32,000 nt of DNA from Psychrobacter cryohalolentis K5 (GCF_000013905.1 NC_007969.1:600001-632000), one strand, 5' to 3'; counted from the first letter of the stretch, positions 20,488-30,656 are shown. Translations and numbers: made by a program. The notes: generated by a model not told the origin, from the sequence alone.

Positions 20488-20618
20488 TCAGCGTTTATGA
20501 TCTTCAAAATATAGTATTTCAAACTTATTTATTCAACATCAACATAGCGCTTATCTCACCAATCACTTCGATAAGGTGACTATAATTTAAGTGTTTATTT
20601 ATCCATGGTACGCCATGA

Positions 20619-21656
<1,038 letters not shown>

Positions 21657-21689
21657 TTTGCTATTGAGCATTAGTAAAAAAATTAGTCT

Positions 21690-21729
21690 AAAAAAGCCCA
21701 TGTTATCAGTGATAGCATGGGCTTTTTAT
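21690..21729 (+). terminator. Rho-independent terminator of ilvC
   Basis: AGCCCATGTTATC agt GATAGCATGGGCT form a 13-bp stem (one G-U pair), followed by TTTTT. Confidence 0.85.
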
Positions 21730-21927
21730 TTTTAGTAGGCGATGTTTTATAAAGTATTTTTATCATCGCCAGTCTGTACTGGTTGAAAATCTGACTTCGC
21801 TGCCTAATATAGGCAAGCATTATCATATCTATTAACGGCTTACTCGGTTAAATAGGTATCGCTATTTTTATTCTTGCAATATAAATGCCAAGGATTCTTT
21901 TATTCTATAGATTACAGGTTGTTTGTT

Positions 21928-22353
21928 GTGCAAATATCTTATCCTGATTGGCTAACACCGCAATTCATATACATTACTCTGAGCGCTATCGTTGCCGTTT
22001 TGATTTGGATCGAAGGGGAAATGCTCAAAAAAACCGGCGGCAAACTACCTAACTCTAAGTTCTTTCAAATCAGCTCAATTCTAGATACCTCATGGTTTTT
22101 CATCTCAGTAGTGATGCTATATACGATTGATTTGACACCACTAGCCGTTGCTGTACCAGCGGCTTACGGTCTTTATACGACCTTTGGCTGGATCTATGGT
22201 GCACGTTTATTGAAGCGTAAAGGCATTCCTGACTCTCCGAAAGACTTGGTCATACCTGCTAAATATATCGCTTATAGTCAGTCATTTTCGCTGATATTTT
22301 TTGCGCTATGTTTATTGGTATTGAGCTCACCGTGGTTGCCGATTGCTGTATAG
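21928..22353 (+). CDS. Hypothetical small integral membrane protein (about 4 predicted TM segments), family not recognised
   Basis: An open frame with four hydrophobic stretches. There is no ATG start: the track start is TTG 21874, and GTG 21928 lies just before the first hydrophobic segment. I recognise no conserved motif. Confidence 0.5.
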   Translation: MQISYPDWLTPQFIYITLSAIVAVLIWIEGEMLKKTGGKLPNSKFFQISSILDTSWFFISVVMLYTIDLTPLAVAVPAAYGLYTTFGWIYGARLLKRKGIPDSPKDLVIPAKYIAYSQSFSLIFFALCLLVLSSPWLPIAV

Positions 22354-22565
22354 TTTGCTTTTAATAAAGTAGCAAATATAATTCCTATCACTGCGATTTG
22401 TCGAAAGCGATATCTAAGTCCTTTGTAAATCTCGAAATGTAAGTGGTAAAAAAGCATTTTATATCAACGTATTAAGTCTCAAGTAGTTAATAGTAATAAT
22501 TATTTAAAATTGACTTGAATAGGTTACAAAAATCATCAATTTAAGCTGTTGCGCTTAAAAAAAGC

Positions 22566-22574
22566 TGTTATAAT
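22566..22574 (+). promoter_or_regulatory. Extended -10 promoter (TGtTATAAT) of the cold-shock gene
   Basis: TGTTATAAT at 22566-22574 sits inside the inverted repeat AAGCTG...CAGCTT. It would give a leader of about 150 nt before the ATG at 22731, similar to the known long E. coli cspA 5'UTR. Confidence 0.55.
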
Positions 22575-22730
22575 CAGCTTGTACTCAAAGGATTTCGGGT
22601 AAAAATATTAAGATCTCTATTAGAGGTTTCAATGATTTTACCCACGCATTCTGCAAGAAAAACTTAGGTATATATCAATTAATCGGTGATGACACAAGTC
22701 TCGCCAACAGTTAAAGAGTTAGGAAAATTT

Positions 22731-22943
22731 ATGTCAGATAAAGTTGAAGGCACTGTAAAGTGGTTTAATGAAGCTAAAGGTTTTGGTTTTATCGCGCAAG
22801 ACAACGGCGGACAAGACGTATTCGCTCACTACAGCGCTATCCAAGGCGGTGGTTTCAAAACTCTAGCCGAAGGCCAAAAAGTGTCTTTCATCTTAGGTGA
22901 TGGCAAGAAAGGCCCACAAGCTGAGCAAATCGAAGCTATCTAA
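22731..22943 (+). CDS. Cold-shock protein, CspA family
   Basis: 70 aa from ATG 22731 (AGGAAA Shine-Dalgarno). Has the RNP1/RNP2 motifs KGFGFI and VFAHY. The track's longer start at 22686 is unlikely. Confidence 0.95.
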   Translation: MSDKVEGTVKWFNEAKGFGFIAQDNGGQDVFAHYSAIQGGGFKTLAEGQKVSFILGDGKKGPQAEQIEAI

Positions 22944-23054
22944 TCTCATTTGACATTGAGTAAGCTGTTCTTCAGCGCGCTTAATGACAGTAAGATTATC
23001 AATATGCATTGATGCCTTTGTTTGTTAAAACAATAAAAATACTGTTTAGACTTT

Positions 23055-23090
23055 AAAAAAGAGCAACCTCTGATCAGGTTGCTTTTTTTA
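23055..23090 (+). terminator. Rho-independent terminator of the csp gene
   Basis: AAAAAAGAGCAACCTctgatcAGGTTGCTTTTTTT: an 8-bp stem, a 6-nt loop and a T-run. Confidence 0.85.
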
Positions 23091-23532
23091 TGATCTTTTT
23101 TTGATTTAATTCTTATGATAATGAGATGGTATTGGTTTGTATTAACGGTTATAAATGACTTAGATAGCTTGTAGAAATCAGAAAATAATAAGAATAATGA
23201 TAAGAAAATGGTGTGAATAGGCGCTTATAAACTGTTTATTGTAGAATGGTGACAAATTTATGACGCATTATTCACGGCGTTGTCTTGACCTTAGGGCTGA
23301 GCTCACGCAAGATACATAGGTCTGATAATAACGGTTGGCTTAGCTTTGGCAGATTTTATAGATAGAGAGTGTGATGCCAGTATATTGTTTATGGTCTGAT
23401 ATTTTTTATTACATTATAGATGCTGACGCAGCAATCAACCTTGAGTACTATTTCGAACGACGATTTTAAAGAAATGAACCTTTGGTTCTTAACTGGCAAT
23501 TTTAATTCATAACATTAATAAACGAGGAACGT

Positions 23533-24282
23533 ATGAAAGCATTAGTAGCGGTCAAGCGTGTCATTGATTACAACGTAAAAGTTCGTGTAAAAGCTGATAA
23601 TTCTGGCGTAGATTTATCTAACACTAAAATGTCAATCAACCCTTTTGATGAAATTGCAGTAGAAGAAGCGGTTCGTCTTAAAGAAGCGGGTGTGATTGAT
23701 GAAATCATCGTTGCCTCAATTGGTCCAAAAGAGTCACAAGAGCAGATTCGTGCCGCTTTAGCACTGGGTGCTGATCGTGGCATCTTGGTAGTAACTGATG
23801 CAAAACCTTATCCTCTACAAATCGCTAAAATCTTGAAAAATATCGCTGAATCTGAAGCTACCGATATTATTCTACTAGGTAAGCAAGCGATTGATGATGA
23901 TAATAACCAAACGGGTCAAATGCTAGCGGCATTGATGGGTATCGGTCAGGGTACATTTGCATCAGAAGTAAAGGTTGAAGGCGATAAAGTTAATGTAACG
24001 CGTGAAATCGATGGTGGTTTGCAAACGGTTGCGCTTGATTTGCCAGCGGTTATTACCACTGATTTACGTTTGAATGAGCCACGTTATGCAAAATTGCCTA
24101 ACATCATGAAAGCGAAGAAAAAGCAGCTTGATGAAAAAACACCTGCTGATTTTGGTGTTGATATGGCATCTAAGCAAGAAATCATTAAAGTTGTACCACC
24201 TGCTGAGCGTAAAGCTGGTATCAAAGTGGGTTCAGTTGATGAGTTGGTCGATAAGCTAAGAAACGAAGCAAAAGTCATTTAA
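23533..24282 (+). CDS. etfB: Electron transfer flavoprotein beta subunit
   Basis: 249 aa. [19 protein letters not shown]... is the canonical EtfB N-terminus. Also has [18 protein letters not shown]. Confidence 0.95.
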   Translation: MKALVAVKRVIDYNVKVRVKADNSGVDLSNTKMSINPFDEIAVEEAVRLKEAGVIDEIIVASIGPKESQEQIRAALALGADRGILVVTDAKPYPLQIAKILKNIAESEATDIILLGKQAIDDDNNQTGQMLAALMGIGQGTFASEVKVEGDKVNVTREIDGGLQTVALDLPAVITTDLRLNEPRYAKLPNIMKAKKKQLDEKTPADFGVDMASKQEIIKVVPPAERKAGIKVGSVDELVDKLRNEAKVI

Positions 24283-24413
24283 TACTTTGCTAGTGCCTAT
24301 CTACTGCAAAGCCATGACGTCCTAAATAAGTTTTATTGAACTTGGACATAATAGGGCTTTGTGTACCAACAACCTCATGAATAGATGATACGAATAAATA
24401 AAGGACAAAAACA

Positions 24414-25346
24414 ATGGCAATTTTGGTATATGCAGAACACGACAATGCCAGTCTAAAAAAGGCAACTTTGAATACGATCGCTGCTGCTCAGCAAATTGGC
24501 GGTGATATTCATGTATTGATCGCTGGTAGTGGTGCGCAAGCAGCAGCTGACGAAGCAGCAAAAGCAGCAGGCGTTAGCAAAGTATTACTAGCAGACAACG
24601 CAGCTTATGAGCATCAATTAGCAGGTAACTTAGCGCTATTGGTCGCTGATATTGCTGGTGAGTACAGTCATATTCTTGCACCTGCTACAACCACTGGTAA
24701 AAATTTCTTACCACGCGTTGCCGCATTACTTGATGTCAGCATGTTATCAGAAATCTCTGCTGTGGTAGATGCACAAACGTTTGAGCGTCCTATCTATGCT
24801 GGTAACGCGACTGCAACGGTTAAGACGACAGAAGATAAAGTGGTATTAACCGTACGTACCACTGCTTTTGATCCAGTAGCAAGTGAAGGTGGTTCAGCCG
24901 CTGTTGAAACTCTTGACAATGTGCAAGAGCTTGGCAAATCAAGCTTTGTTAATGAAGAGATGGCTAAGTCTGACCGTCCTGAATTGACGTCAGCCAGCAT
25001 CGTGGTTTCTGGTGGTCGTGCCCTAGCAAATGGTGAAAACTTCACTAAATATATCGAGCCATTGGCTGATAAACTTGGCGCTGCTGTTGGTGCATCACGT
25101 GCCGCTGTCGACGCAGGCTATGTACCAAACGATATGCAGGTTGGTCAAACAGGTAAAATCGTTGCACCAGACTTATATATCGCAGCTGGTATTTCAGGCG
25201 CTATTCAGCATTTAGCGGGTATGAAAGATTCTAAAGTCATCGTTGCTATCAATAATGACCCAGAATCACCTATCGCTAGCGTTGCCGATTACTTCTTAGA
25301 AGCTGATTTATTTGCAGCCTTACCTGAACTGACCAGTAAAATCTAA
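24414..25346 (+). CDS. etfA: Electron transfer flavoprotein alpha subunit
   Basis: 310 aa. Has the FAD-binding C-terminal signature VGQTGK.V.P.LYIA.GISGAIQHLAGM.DSKVIVAIN.D. Confidence 0.95.
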   Translation: MAILVYAEHDNASLKKATLNTIAAAQQIGGDIHVLIAGSGAQAAADEAAKAAGVSKVLLADNAAYEHQLAGNLALLVADIAGEYSHILAPATTTGKNFLPRVAALLDVSMLSEISAVVDAQTFERPIYAGNATATVKTTEDKVVLTVRTTAFDPVASEGGSAAVETLDNVQELGKSSFVNEEMAKSDRPELTSASIVVSGGRALANGENFTKYIEPLADKLGAAVGASRAAVDAGYVPNDMQVGQTGKIVAPDLYIAAGISGAIQHLAGMKDSKVIVAINNDPESPIASVADYFLEADLFAALPELTSKI

Positions 25347-25367
25347 GTACTTGTTAGTGAAAGTAAA

Positions 25368-25404
25368 ATAAAAAACCCGCTATCATTGATTGCGGGTTTT
25401 TTTG
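25368..25404. terminator. Bidirectional terminator between convergent etfA and the TrmH-family gene
   Basis: AAAAAACCCGCtatcattgattGCGGGTTTTTTT. Confidence 0.8.
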
Positions 25405-25446
25405 TATTCAACTTAAAAATCGTCTTGCTGATTCAGTTAAATGATA

Positions 25447-26241
25447 TTAGTTATAACTTCTTTGACGTAATGTCTCATACAAACATAGTGAGCCTGCAAT
25501 CGCAACATTGAGGCTTTCTTGCCCATTGGGCTGTGGTAGAGCGATAGGGGTTGCGCACTGCATCAGCTCGTTACAAACCCCTTGACCTTCATGTCCCATA
25601 ATCCAAGCGATTGGTTTTTTTAAATCATGCTGATAGATGACGGTATCAGTGTGCGAGCTGGTGGCAAATAGAGGGGTTTGCACATGGTCTAAAACCTCTT
25701 GTACACTTAATCCCTCATATATATTTAGGGCAAACTGGGCACCCATTCCTGCCCGTAATGTTTTTGGTGACCAAGCTTGCGCAGTAGCGCTGGTGCAAAG
25801 TATGTTTTTGATTCCAACAGCTGCTGCCGTGCGCAGTAATGTGCCGACATTACCACTATCTTGAACGTCATTGAGAATCAAGCAGTCATCATGAATCATA
25901 GATAGGCTAGGGGTTGGCATCTTAATCACTGCCATAATGTCAATCCCAGTACCTAAGCTACGAATACTTTCATAAAGCGCATCCGATAAGGTTAAGATAG
26001 GCGTATAAGTGGGCAGGCGGGTGAGAACTTGCTGCACCTCTGGATGATGGTGTGCGGACTCTGCTAGCAATATTTGCACAAATGGATAATCGCTACGAAG
26101 GGCAGCATCAATAAGATGAATACCTTCAATGACAGTTTGTCCATGTTTGTTACGTTGGCGAGCTTGCGTCAATAACGCTTTTACTAGCTTGACCGTTGTA
26201 TTCTTATCTGAGGTAATCAGCTCGGTGGGATTTGCTACCAT
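25447..26241 (-). CDS. SpoU/TrmH-family RNA 2'-O-methyltransferase (RlmB-like, group 3)
   Basis: 264 aa. Has the three SpoU motifs: NVGTLLRTAAAVG, GHEGQGV, and SLNVAIAGSLCLYE. Confidence 0.85.
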   Translation of the reverse strand: MVANPTELITSDKNTTVKLVKALLTQARQRNKHGQTVIEGIHLIDAALRSDYPFVQILLAESAHHHPEVQQVLTRLPTYTPILTLSDALYESIRSLGTGIDIMAVIKMPTPSLSMIHDDCLILNDVQDSGNVGTLLRTAAAVGIKNILCTSATAQAWSPKTLRAGMGAQFALNIYEGLSVQEVLDHVQTPLFATSSHTDTVIYQHDLKKPIAWIMGHEGQGVCNELMQCATPIALPQPNGQESLNVAIAGSLCLYETLRQRSYN

Positions 26242-26274
26242 AATAGATCGCTTAGAGAAAAAGTATAAAATATA

Positions 26275-26321
26275 GACAGCGCCTATAAAATGATTATTGA
26301 TATGGCTTTATAGGTGCTGTC
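26275..26321 (-). terminator. Long hairpin downstream of fbp, a probable minus-strand terminator
   Basis: GACAGCGCCTATAAA (26275-26289) pairs with TTTATAGGTGCTGTC (26307-26321): 15 bp with one mismatch or wobble. On the minus strand it is followed by T-rich sequence. Confidence 0.6.
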
Positions 26322-26339
26322 AAAATGTGCTTGTATGTC

Positions 26340-27323
26340 TTATTTATCAGTATGGTTTAAATGCAACTCTTTAATATAGTCGACTTCATTTTTACTGCCA
26401 AGTACTACAGGCACGCGTTGATGAATGTCAATCGGCTCTATATCTAAAATGCGATTGACTGCATCCGTTGCCCCGCCGCTAGCACGTTCAATTAATAAAC
26501 TCATGGGATTGGCTTCATACATGAGACGTAATTTGCCTGCTTTATTGGCGTATTTGGTATCAAATGGATATGTGAATAAACCACCGCGGCATAGAATGCG
26601 ATGAACATCACCAACCATGGCGGCAACCCAGCGCGTATTAAAATCGCGACCACGTACGCCTGTCTCGCCAGCGATAAGCTCATCGATATATTGCTGCATT
26701 GGCGCGCGCCAATAACGGTAGTTTGAGGCATTGATAGCATATTCGCTAGTATCGGCATCGATTGTGACATTTTCTTCTATCAATACATAGTCATTGGTAT
26801 CTGGATCTAGGCTAAACATGACTACATTATCTGTGATGGTCAGCGTGAGAACGGTAGAGGTGCCATATAGTAAGTAACCGGCTGCTAGCTGCTGATTACC
26901 CGCTTGTAAAAAGTCGCTATTTTCACTAACTTGACCTTGACGCTGGTACGGTAAAATAGAGAATATAGTACCGACAGCCATATTGATGTCGATATTAGAC
27001 GAGCCATCGAGTGGGTCAAACAATACCAATAAACTGCCATCAACATTGGCAGGAGTGGCGTCGTCAAGCTCTTCTGAAGCAACACCAGCACAATGGCTGT
27101 TTTGTGCCAATGCATCTAACAATAAGTCATTGGCTAAGACATCTAACTTCTTCTGGTCTTCACCTTGCACATTTTGATTACCCGCTTCACCAAGGATGTC
27201 TGCCAAAGCGCCTTTTCTTAAGAGCTGTGAGATGGTCTTGCCGACGTCAGTAACGGTAGTGATAACGTCATTGAGGGCAGGAGTGGTGGCTTTAGTGTTC
27301 AAATACTGTGCTAAGGTTGTCAT
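26340..27323 (-). CDS. fbp: Fructose-1,6-bisphosphatase, class 1
   Basis: 327 aa. Has the metal-binding motif [10 protein letters not shown] and the class-I blocks GKLRL.YE.NP...L.E.AGG.A. Confidence 0.95.
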   Translation of the reverse strand: MTTLAQYLNTKATTPALNDVITTVTDVGKTISQLLRKGALADILGEAGNQNVQGEDQKKLDVLANDLLLDALAQNSHCAGVASEELDDATPANVDGSLLVLFDPLDGSSNIDINMAVGTIFSILPYQRQGQVSENSDFLQAGNQQLAAGYLLYGTSTVLTLTITDNVVMFSLDPDTNDYVLIEENVTIDADTSEYAINASNYRYWRAPMQQYIDELIAGETGVRGRDFNTRWVAAMVGDVHRILCRGGLFTYPFDTKYANKAGKLRLMYEANPMSLLIERASGGATDAVNRILDIEPIDIHQRVPVVLGSKNEVDYIKELHLNHTDK

Positions 27324-27727
27324 AGTGTTTCCTAATGAATAATTCTGATAAAGAGTGGTACAAGCTAAGTATGGAATGCGTGTTTAAGAATTGATTACGT
27401 TATATTGATATGAGAGATATTGTTAAATACTGACTAAGGCGTCTTTGTCCTGACCTGAAAATCAGCTACACTAACACTATTATTATTCAATTATGGTTTA
27501 AGAGGCTGTCTTTTGATACGGTTGCCAAATGATGTGCTGCTATTCTCTAAAATGAGAGCCACATCTATTTTAATATTGCTTATATCATTGCGGTAAATTG
27601 TAGCAAATAAGCAGCAAAATGTCCTTGTCTGTATGCATGTCTGCCGTATTATCGAGCCAAAACCGTTAAAAAAACGAATGATAACTTATTATAAAATCAT
27701 ACAAACCCTTAATGAAGACGTGTCCTT

Positions 27728-28801
27728 ATGTCAAATTCTATCGATAGCCAATCACTACCTACCGTCTCGCCGACAGACTACGCAAGATTTGATCCTGATA
27801 CGATTCATGAAAAACTTGATGCGTCATTGAGTCGTCCGCAGCTCAATACTGATGGTAGTATTCGTCATTTTTTAGGTATCGAAGGTCTTAATAAAGCCCA
27901 GCTGCAGGCGATTATCGCTAAAGCTGAGTCATTTTTTGATGATAAGGGACAGCTGATTAACCGTCCTGAGCTTGAAGGCTATACGGTGATGAATCTGTTT
28001 TTTGAGCCATCGACGCGCACACGTACCACGTTTGAAGTAGCAGAAAAACGTTTAGGCGCTAATGTATTAAATATCGATATCGAACGCTCTAGCACCAAAA
28101 AAGGCGAAAGCTTACGCGATACGTTATGGAATCTGCAAGCGATGACGGCAGATATCTTTGTGGTACGTCATTCAGCATCAGGTGCGGCACATTTTATGGC
28201 GACTGAAGTGACGCCAGATATTGCCATTATCAATGGTGGTGATGGTTGGCATGCGCATCCAACGCAAGGCATGCTTGATATGCTGACTATTCACCGTGAG
28301 GCGCCGCGTCCTTTTGAAGAGCTGTCGGTTGCAATCGTTGGCGATATCAAACACTCGCGAGTAGCACGCTCTGACATCAGTGCGCTACAAACATTGGGTG
28401 TAAAAGACATTCGCGTCTGCGCACCTCGTACGTTATTACCAAAAGGGATTGAGCGTTTTGGTGTGCAAGTATATGAGAATATGAATGAATGCGTGACGGA
28501 CTGTGATGTCATTATGGGCTTGAGAATTCAAAATGAGCGTATTGGCTCACCGCTCCTCGCCTCATCGAGTGAATACTATAAGCACTATGGTATTACTCCT
28601 GAGCGCGTGGCACTGGCGAAGCCTGATGCTCTAGTTATGCACCCAGGACCGATGAACCGCGGTGTTGAGATTGCCTCAAGCGTTGCCGATGGTGCGCAAT
28701 CTGTGATTTTAAAACAGGTTAATAACGGCATTGCTATTCGTATGGCGGTACTGTCACTGGCGATGGAAGGTCAGCGCGCGCATCAAGCGGCTGGTCATTA
28801 A
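27728..28801 (+). CDS. pyrB: Aspartate carbamoyltransferase catalytic chain
   Basis: 357 aa. Has STRTR (carbamoyl-phosphate binding), HPTQ and HPGP motifs. The N-terminal extension is long relative to E. coli PyrB, as in Pseudomonas-type class A ATCases. Confidence 0.95.
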   Translation: MSNSIDSQSLPTVSPTDYARFDPDTIHEKLDASLSRPQLNTDGSIRHFLGIEGLNKAQLQAIIAKAESFFDDKGQLINRPELEGYTVMNLFFEPSTRTRTTFEVAEKRLGANVLNIDIERSSTKKGESLRDTLWNLQAMTADIFVVRHSASGAAHFMATEVTPDIAIINGGDGWHAHPTQGMLDMLTIHREAPRPFEELSVAIVGDIKHSRVARSDISALQTLGVKDIRVCAPRTLLPKGIERFGVQVYENMNECVTDCDVIMGLRIQNERIGSPLLASSSEYYKHYGITPERVALAKPDALVMHPGPMNRGVEIASSVADGAQSVILKQVNNGIAIRMAVLSLAMEGQRAHQAAGH

Positions 28802-28861
28802 TATTTAGCTCGCCTGTTTTATTCTTATTTATCCCATTTCATTGATACGGTAATAACGCTC

Positions 28862-30073
28862 ATGGTTCACATTACGAATTCAGATGTTCATATGCACGAC
28901 TTACTTCCAAAAGTATTTAAAGAATCACTGTCACAAATCGCCACTGCTCAGTTAGCAAAGCTGACGAGCGAGCGCGAGACATGGATATTACCACCGCTGG
29001 TTGATTTGTGCGCCCGCTTACGTGAGCCGGGTCAACAGCAGCATGGTACATTAGAGTCAGAAGGGCGTGCGGCCCGTGCCAATGGTTTTTTGCATGTGGT
29101 GATTCCCCCTGATACCAATCCTATTTTAGAAAATGGCTCGCTCTTAAAAGGCTTGCGTGAGCGTGCACTCGATGATGGCGGCATCTATTTACATATTTTG
29201 GGTGCGTTGACTGCTGGCTTGGAGGGTGAACGTCCGTCTAATATTGCAGGACTTAAAAAAGGCGGCTGTATTGCCGTCTCCAATGCTCGCAGACCCTTTC
29301 AAAACGACTTAGTGCTCTTACGTACACTTGAGTATGCGGCGACGTTTGGCATGAAGGTATTCTTTTATCCTGATGAGCCTAGTCTATCTGGTGATGGCGT
29401 TGCACATGAAGGCTATATCGCTTCTTATCATGGTCTGCAGGGTATTCCTTGGATTGCAGAAACCGTCGCTTTATCAACGCAGTTACTTATGGTGGAAGAA
29501 ACGGGCATAGCTGCTCACTTTAGCCAATTATCTTGTAAGTCGTCAATTGAGCTGATGCGCTGGGCGAAAGATAAAGGTTTACCAGTTACTTGTGACGTGG
29601 CAATGCATCAGTTGTATTTAACCGATGATAATCTGGAAGGCTTTAACGCTCAAGCATATGTATTACCCCCTTTGCGTAGTAATACCGATCAGCAAGCGAT
29701 TCGCCGTGGTCTAAAAGATGGCACAATTGATGCAATTTGCAGTCATCATGAGCCGTTAAACAGTACCGCGAAAAAAGCCCCATTTGCTGAAAGTACGCCC
29801 GGTATCTCAAATTTTGATACCTTTATGGCGCTGGCGTGCCAGCTGGTAAAAGATGAGGTGTTAACACTTGAGCAGCTGGTCGATAAAATCTGCTTAAATC
29901 CTGCAAAAATTGCGGGTATCAGCGAGCAATATGAGACTATCGGGGGCGCAGTACTGGTCGATCCCAATCTTGAATGGCAGGTGACTAGCGAATCCATGTT
30001 ATCAAACGGCAAAAATACGCCATTCTTTAACCAAACACTGCAAGGGCGTGTTGTGGAGACTTTCTTTGGCTAA
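28862..30073 (+). CDS. Dihydroorotase-like protein, predicted non-catalytic (PyrC' type)
   Basis: 403 aa amidohydrolase-fold homologue immediately downstream of pyrB. The canonical D.HVH.R metal motif reads DLCARLR. The TDHAP(H) catalytic-Asp motif reads CSHHEP. Confidence 0.85.
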   Translation: MVHITNSDVHMHDLLPKVFKESLSQIATAQLAKLTSERETWILPPLVDLCARLREPGQQQHGTLESEGRAARANGFLHVVIPPDTNPILENGSLLKGLRERALDDGGIYLHILGALTAGLEGERPSNIAGLKKGGCIAVSNARRPFQNDLVLLRTLEYAATFGMKVFFYPDEPSLSGDGVAHEGYIASYHGLQGIPWIAETVALSTQLLMVEETGIAAHFSQLSCKSSIELMRWAKDKGLPVTCDVAMHQLYLTDDNLEGFNAQAYVLPPLRSNTDQQAIRRGLKDGTIDAICSHHEPLNSTAKKAPFAESTPGISNFDTFMALACQLVKDEVLTLEQLVDKICLNPAKIAGISEQYETIGGAVLVDPNLEWQVTSESMLSNGKNTPFFNQTLQGRVVETFFG

Positions 30074-30629
30074 TTTGCCTAGGCAGGATGATAGTCTAGA
30101 GTCTTCGTCAGAGGGCAATTCATCAAAAGATAACCATCCGTCTTCAGACCCAAGACACAATGAGCCTCGCACGACGTCAAGCGAATCTATCAAAGCAGTA
30201 GCAATCTATGAAGTCGTAAAGGGTATTGGCGCACTACTAGGTGCATTGGCTTTATGGTCGTGGCATACCGACCTTGAGCATTGGCTCATTACGGCGACGG
30301 CTTCTTGGCAACAAGTATTTGGTCAGTTATTAGCGCCGCAAGTTGACAGTGCGGTACGTATTGCACAGATGGCAAGCAAAAACTGGTCGGTATTCTTATT
30401 ATTGATTTTTGCTTATGCCAGTTTGCGTTTTGTCGAGGCATATGGCTTATGGCAAGATAAAACATGGGCTTACTGGTTTGGGGTACTGGGTTATGGAATA
30501 TTTATTCCTATTGAACTCTACTATCTGATTGTGAGTCCGTTTGATTGGTTCAAACTTACCATATTGGTGTCGAATATTATTATTGTGATTGTGGTTTATC
30601 GTAATATGAAACGAAAGGGTTTAATCTAA
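30048..30629 (+). CDS. DUF2127 family membrane protein
   Basis: The C-terminal ~145 aa have a DUF2127-like pattern (A.YE..KG...L, R.VEAYGLW....WAYW) with 4 hydrophobic segments. The start is uncertain: there is no in-frame ATG before residue ~107, and the candidates GTG 30048, TTG 30051, TTG 30066 and TTG 30075 all overlap or abut the pyrC' stop. Confidence 0.65.
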   Translation: MLWRLSLANLPRQDDSLESSSEGNSSKDNHPSSDPRHNEPRTTSSESIKAVAIYEVVKGIGALLGALALWSWHTDLEHWLITATASWQQVFGQLLAPQVDSAVRIAQMASKNWSVFLLLIFAYASLRFVEAYGLWQDKTWAYWFGVLGYGIFIPIELYYLIVSPFDWFKLTILVSNIIIVIVVYRNMKRKGLI

Positions 30630-30656
30630 TCAGGTTTCCTTAATTTCAAATGACAA

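Noticed and set aside
21738-22353. I considered whether the GGCGATG...CATCGCC hairpin plus the downstream ~140-aa 4-TM protein could be a fluoride riboswitch with a CrcB/Fluc channel.
   Set aside because: The protein lacks the CrcB signatures (GG..G...R and TGF.GG.TTFSTF). The RNA is a simple hairpin without the conserved crcB-motif pseudoknot nucleotides.
23294-23340. GGGCTGAG...GGTCTGATAATAACGG upstream of etfB superficially recalls the CUGAGA and ACCUGAU boxes of the TPP (THI-box) riboswitch.
   Set aside because: The match is partial (CUGAGC rather than CUGAGA; GGUCUGAU rather than ACCUGAU). I could not find the required helices. The downstream gene (etfB) has no link to thiamine. A cmsearch with Rfam RF00059 would settle it.
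27500-27508. AAGAGGCTG in the pyrB upstream region resembles part of the PyrR-binding loop (…CAGAGAGGCU…).
   Set aside because: Only about 7 nt match, there is no flanking stem or anti-terminator/terminator arrangement, and there is no pyrR gene in the window.
27633-27830. A 65-aa ORF starts upstream of pyrB and overlaps its start. I considered it as a pyrL-like leader peptide.
   Set aside because: It runs ~100 nt into pyrB in another frame, whereas the E. coli pyrL leader ends before pyrB. No U-rich pause site or terminator hairpin precedes pyrB, and it has no Shine-Dalgarno sequence.
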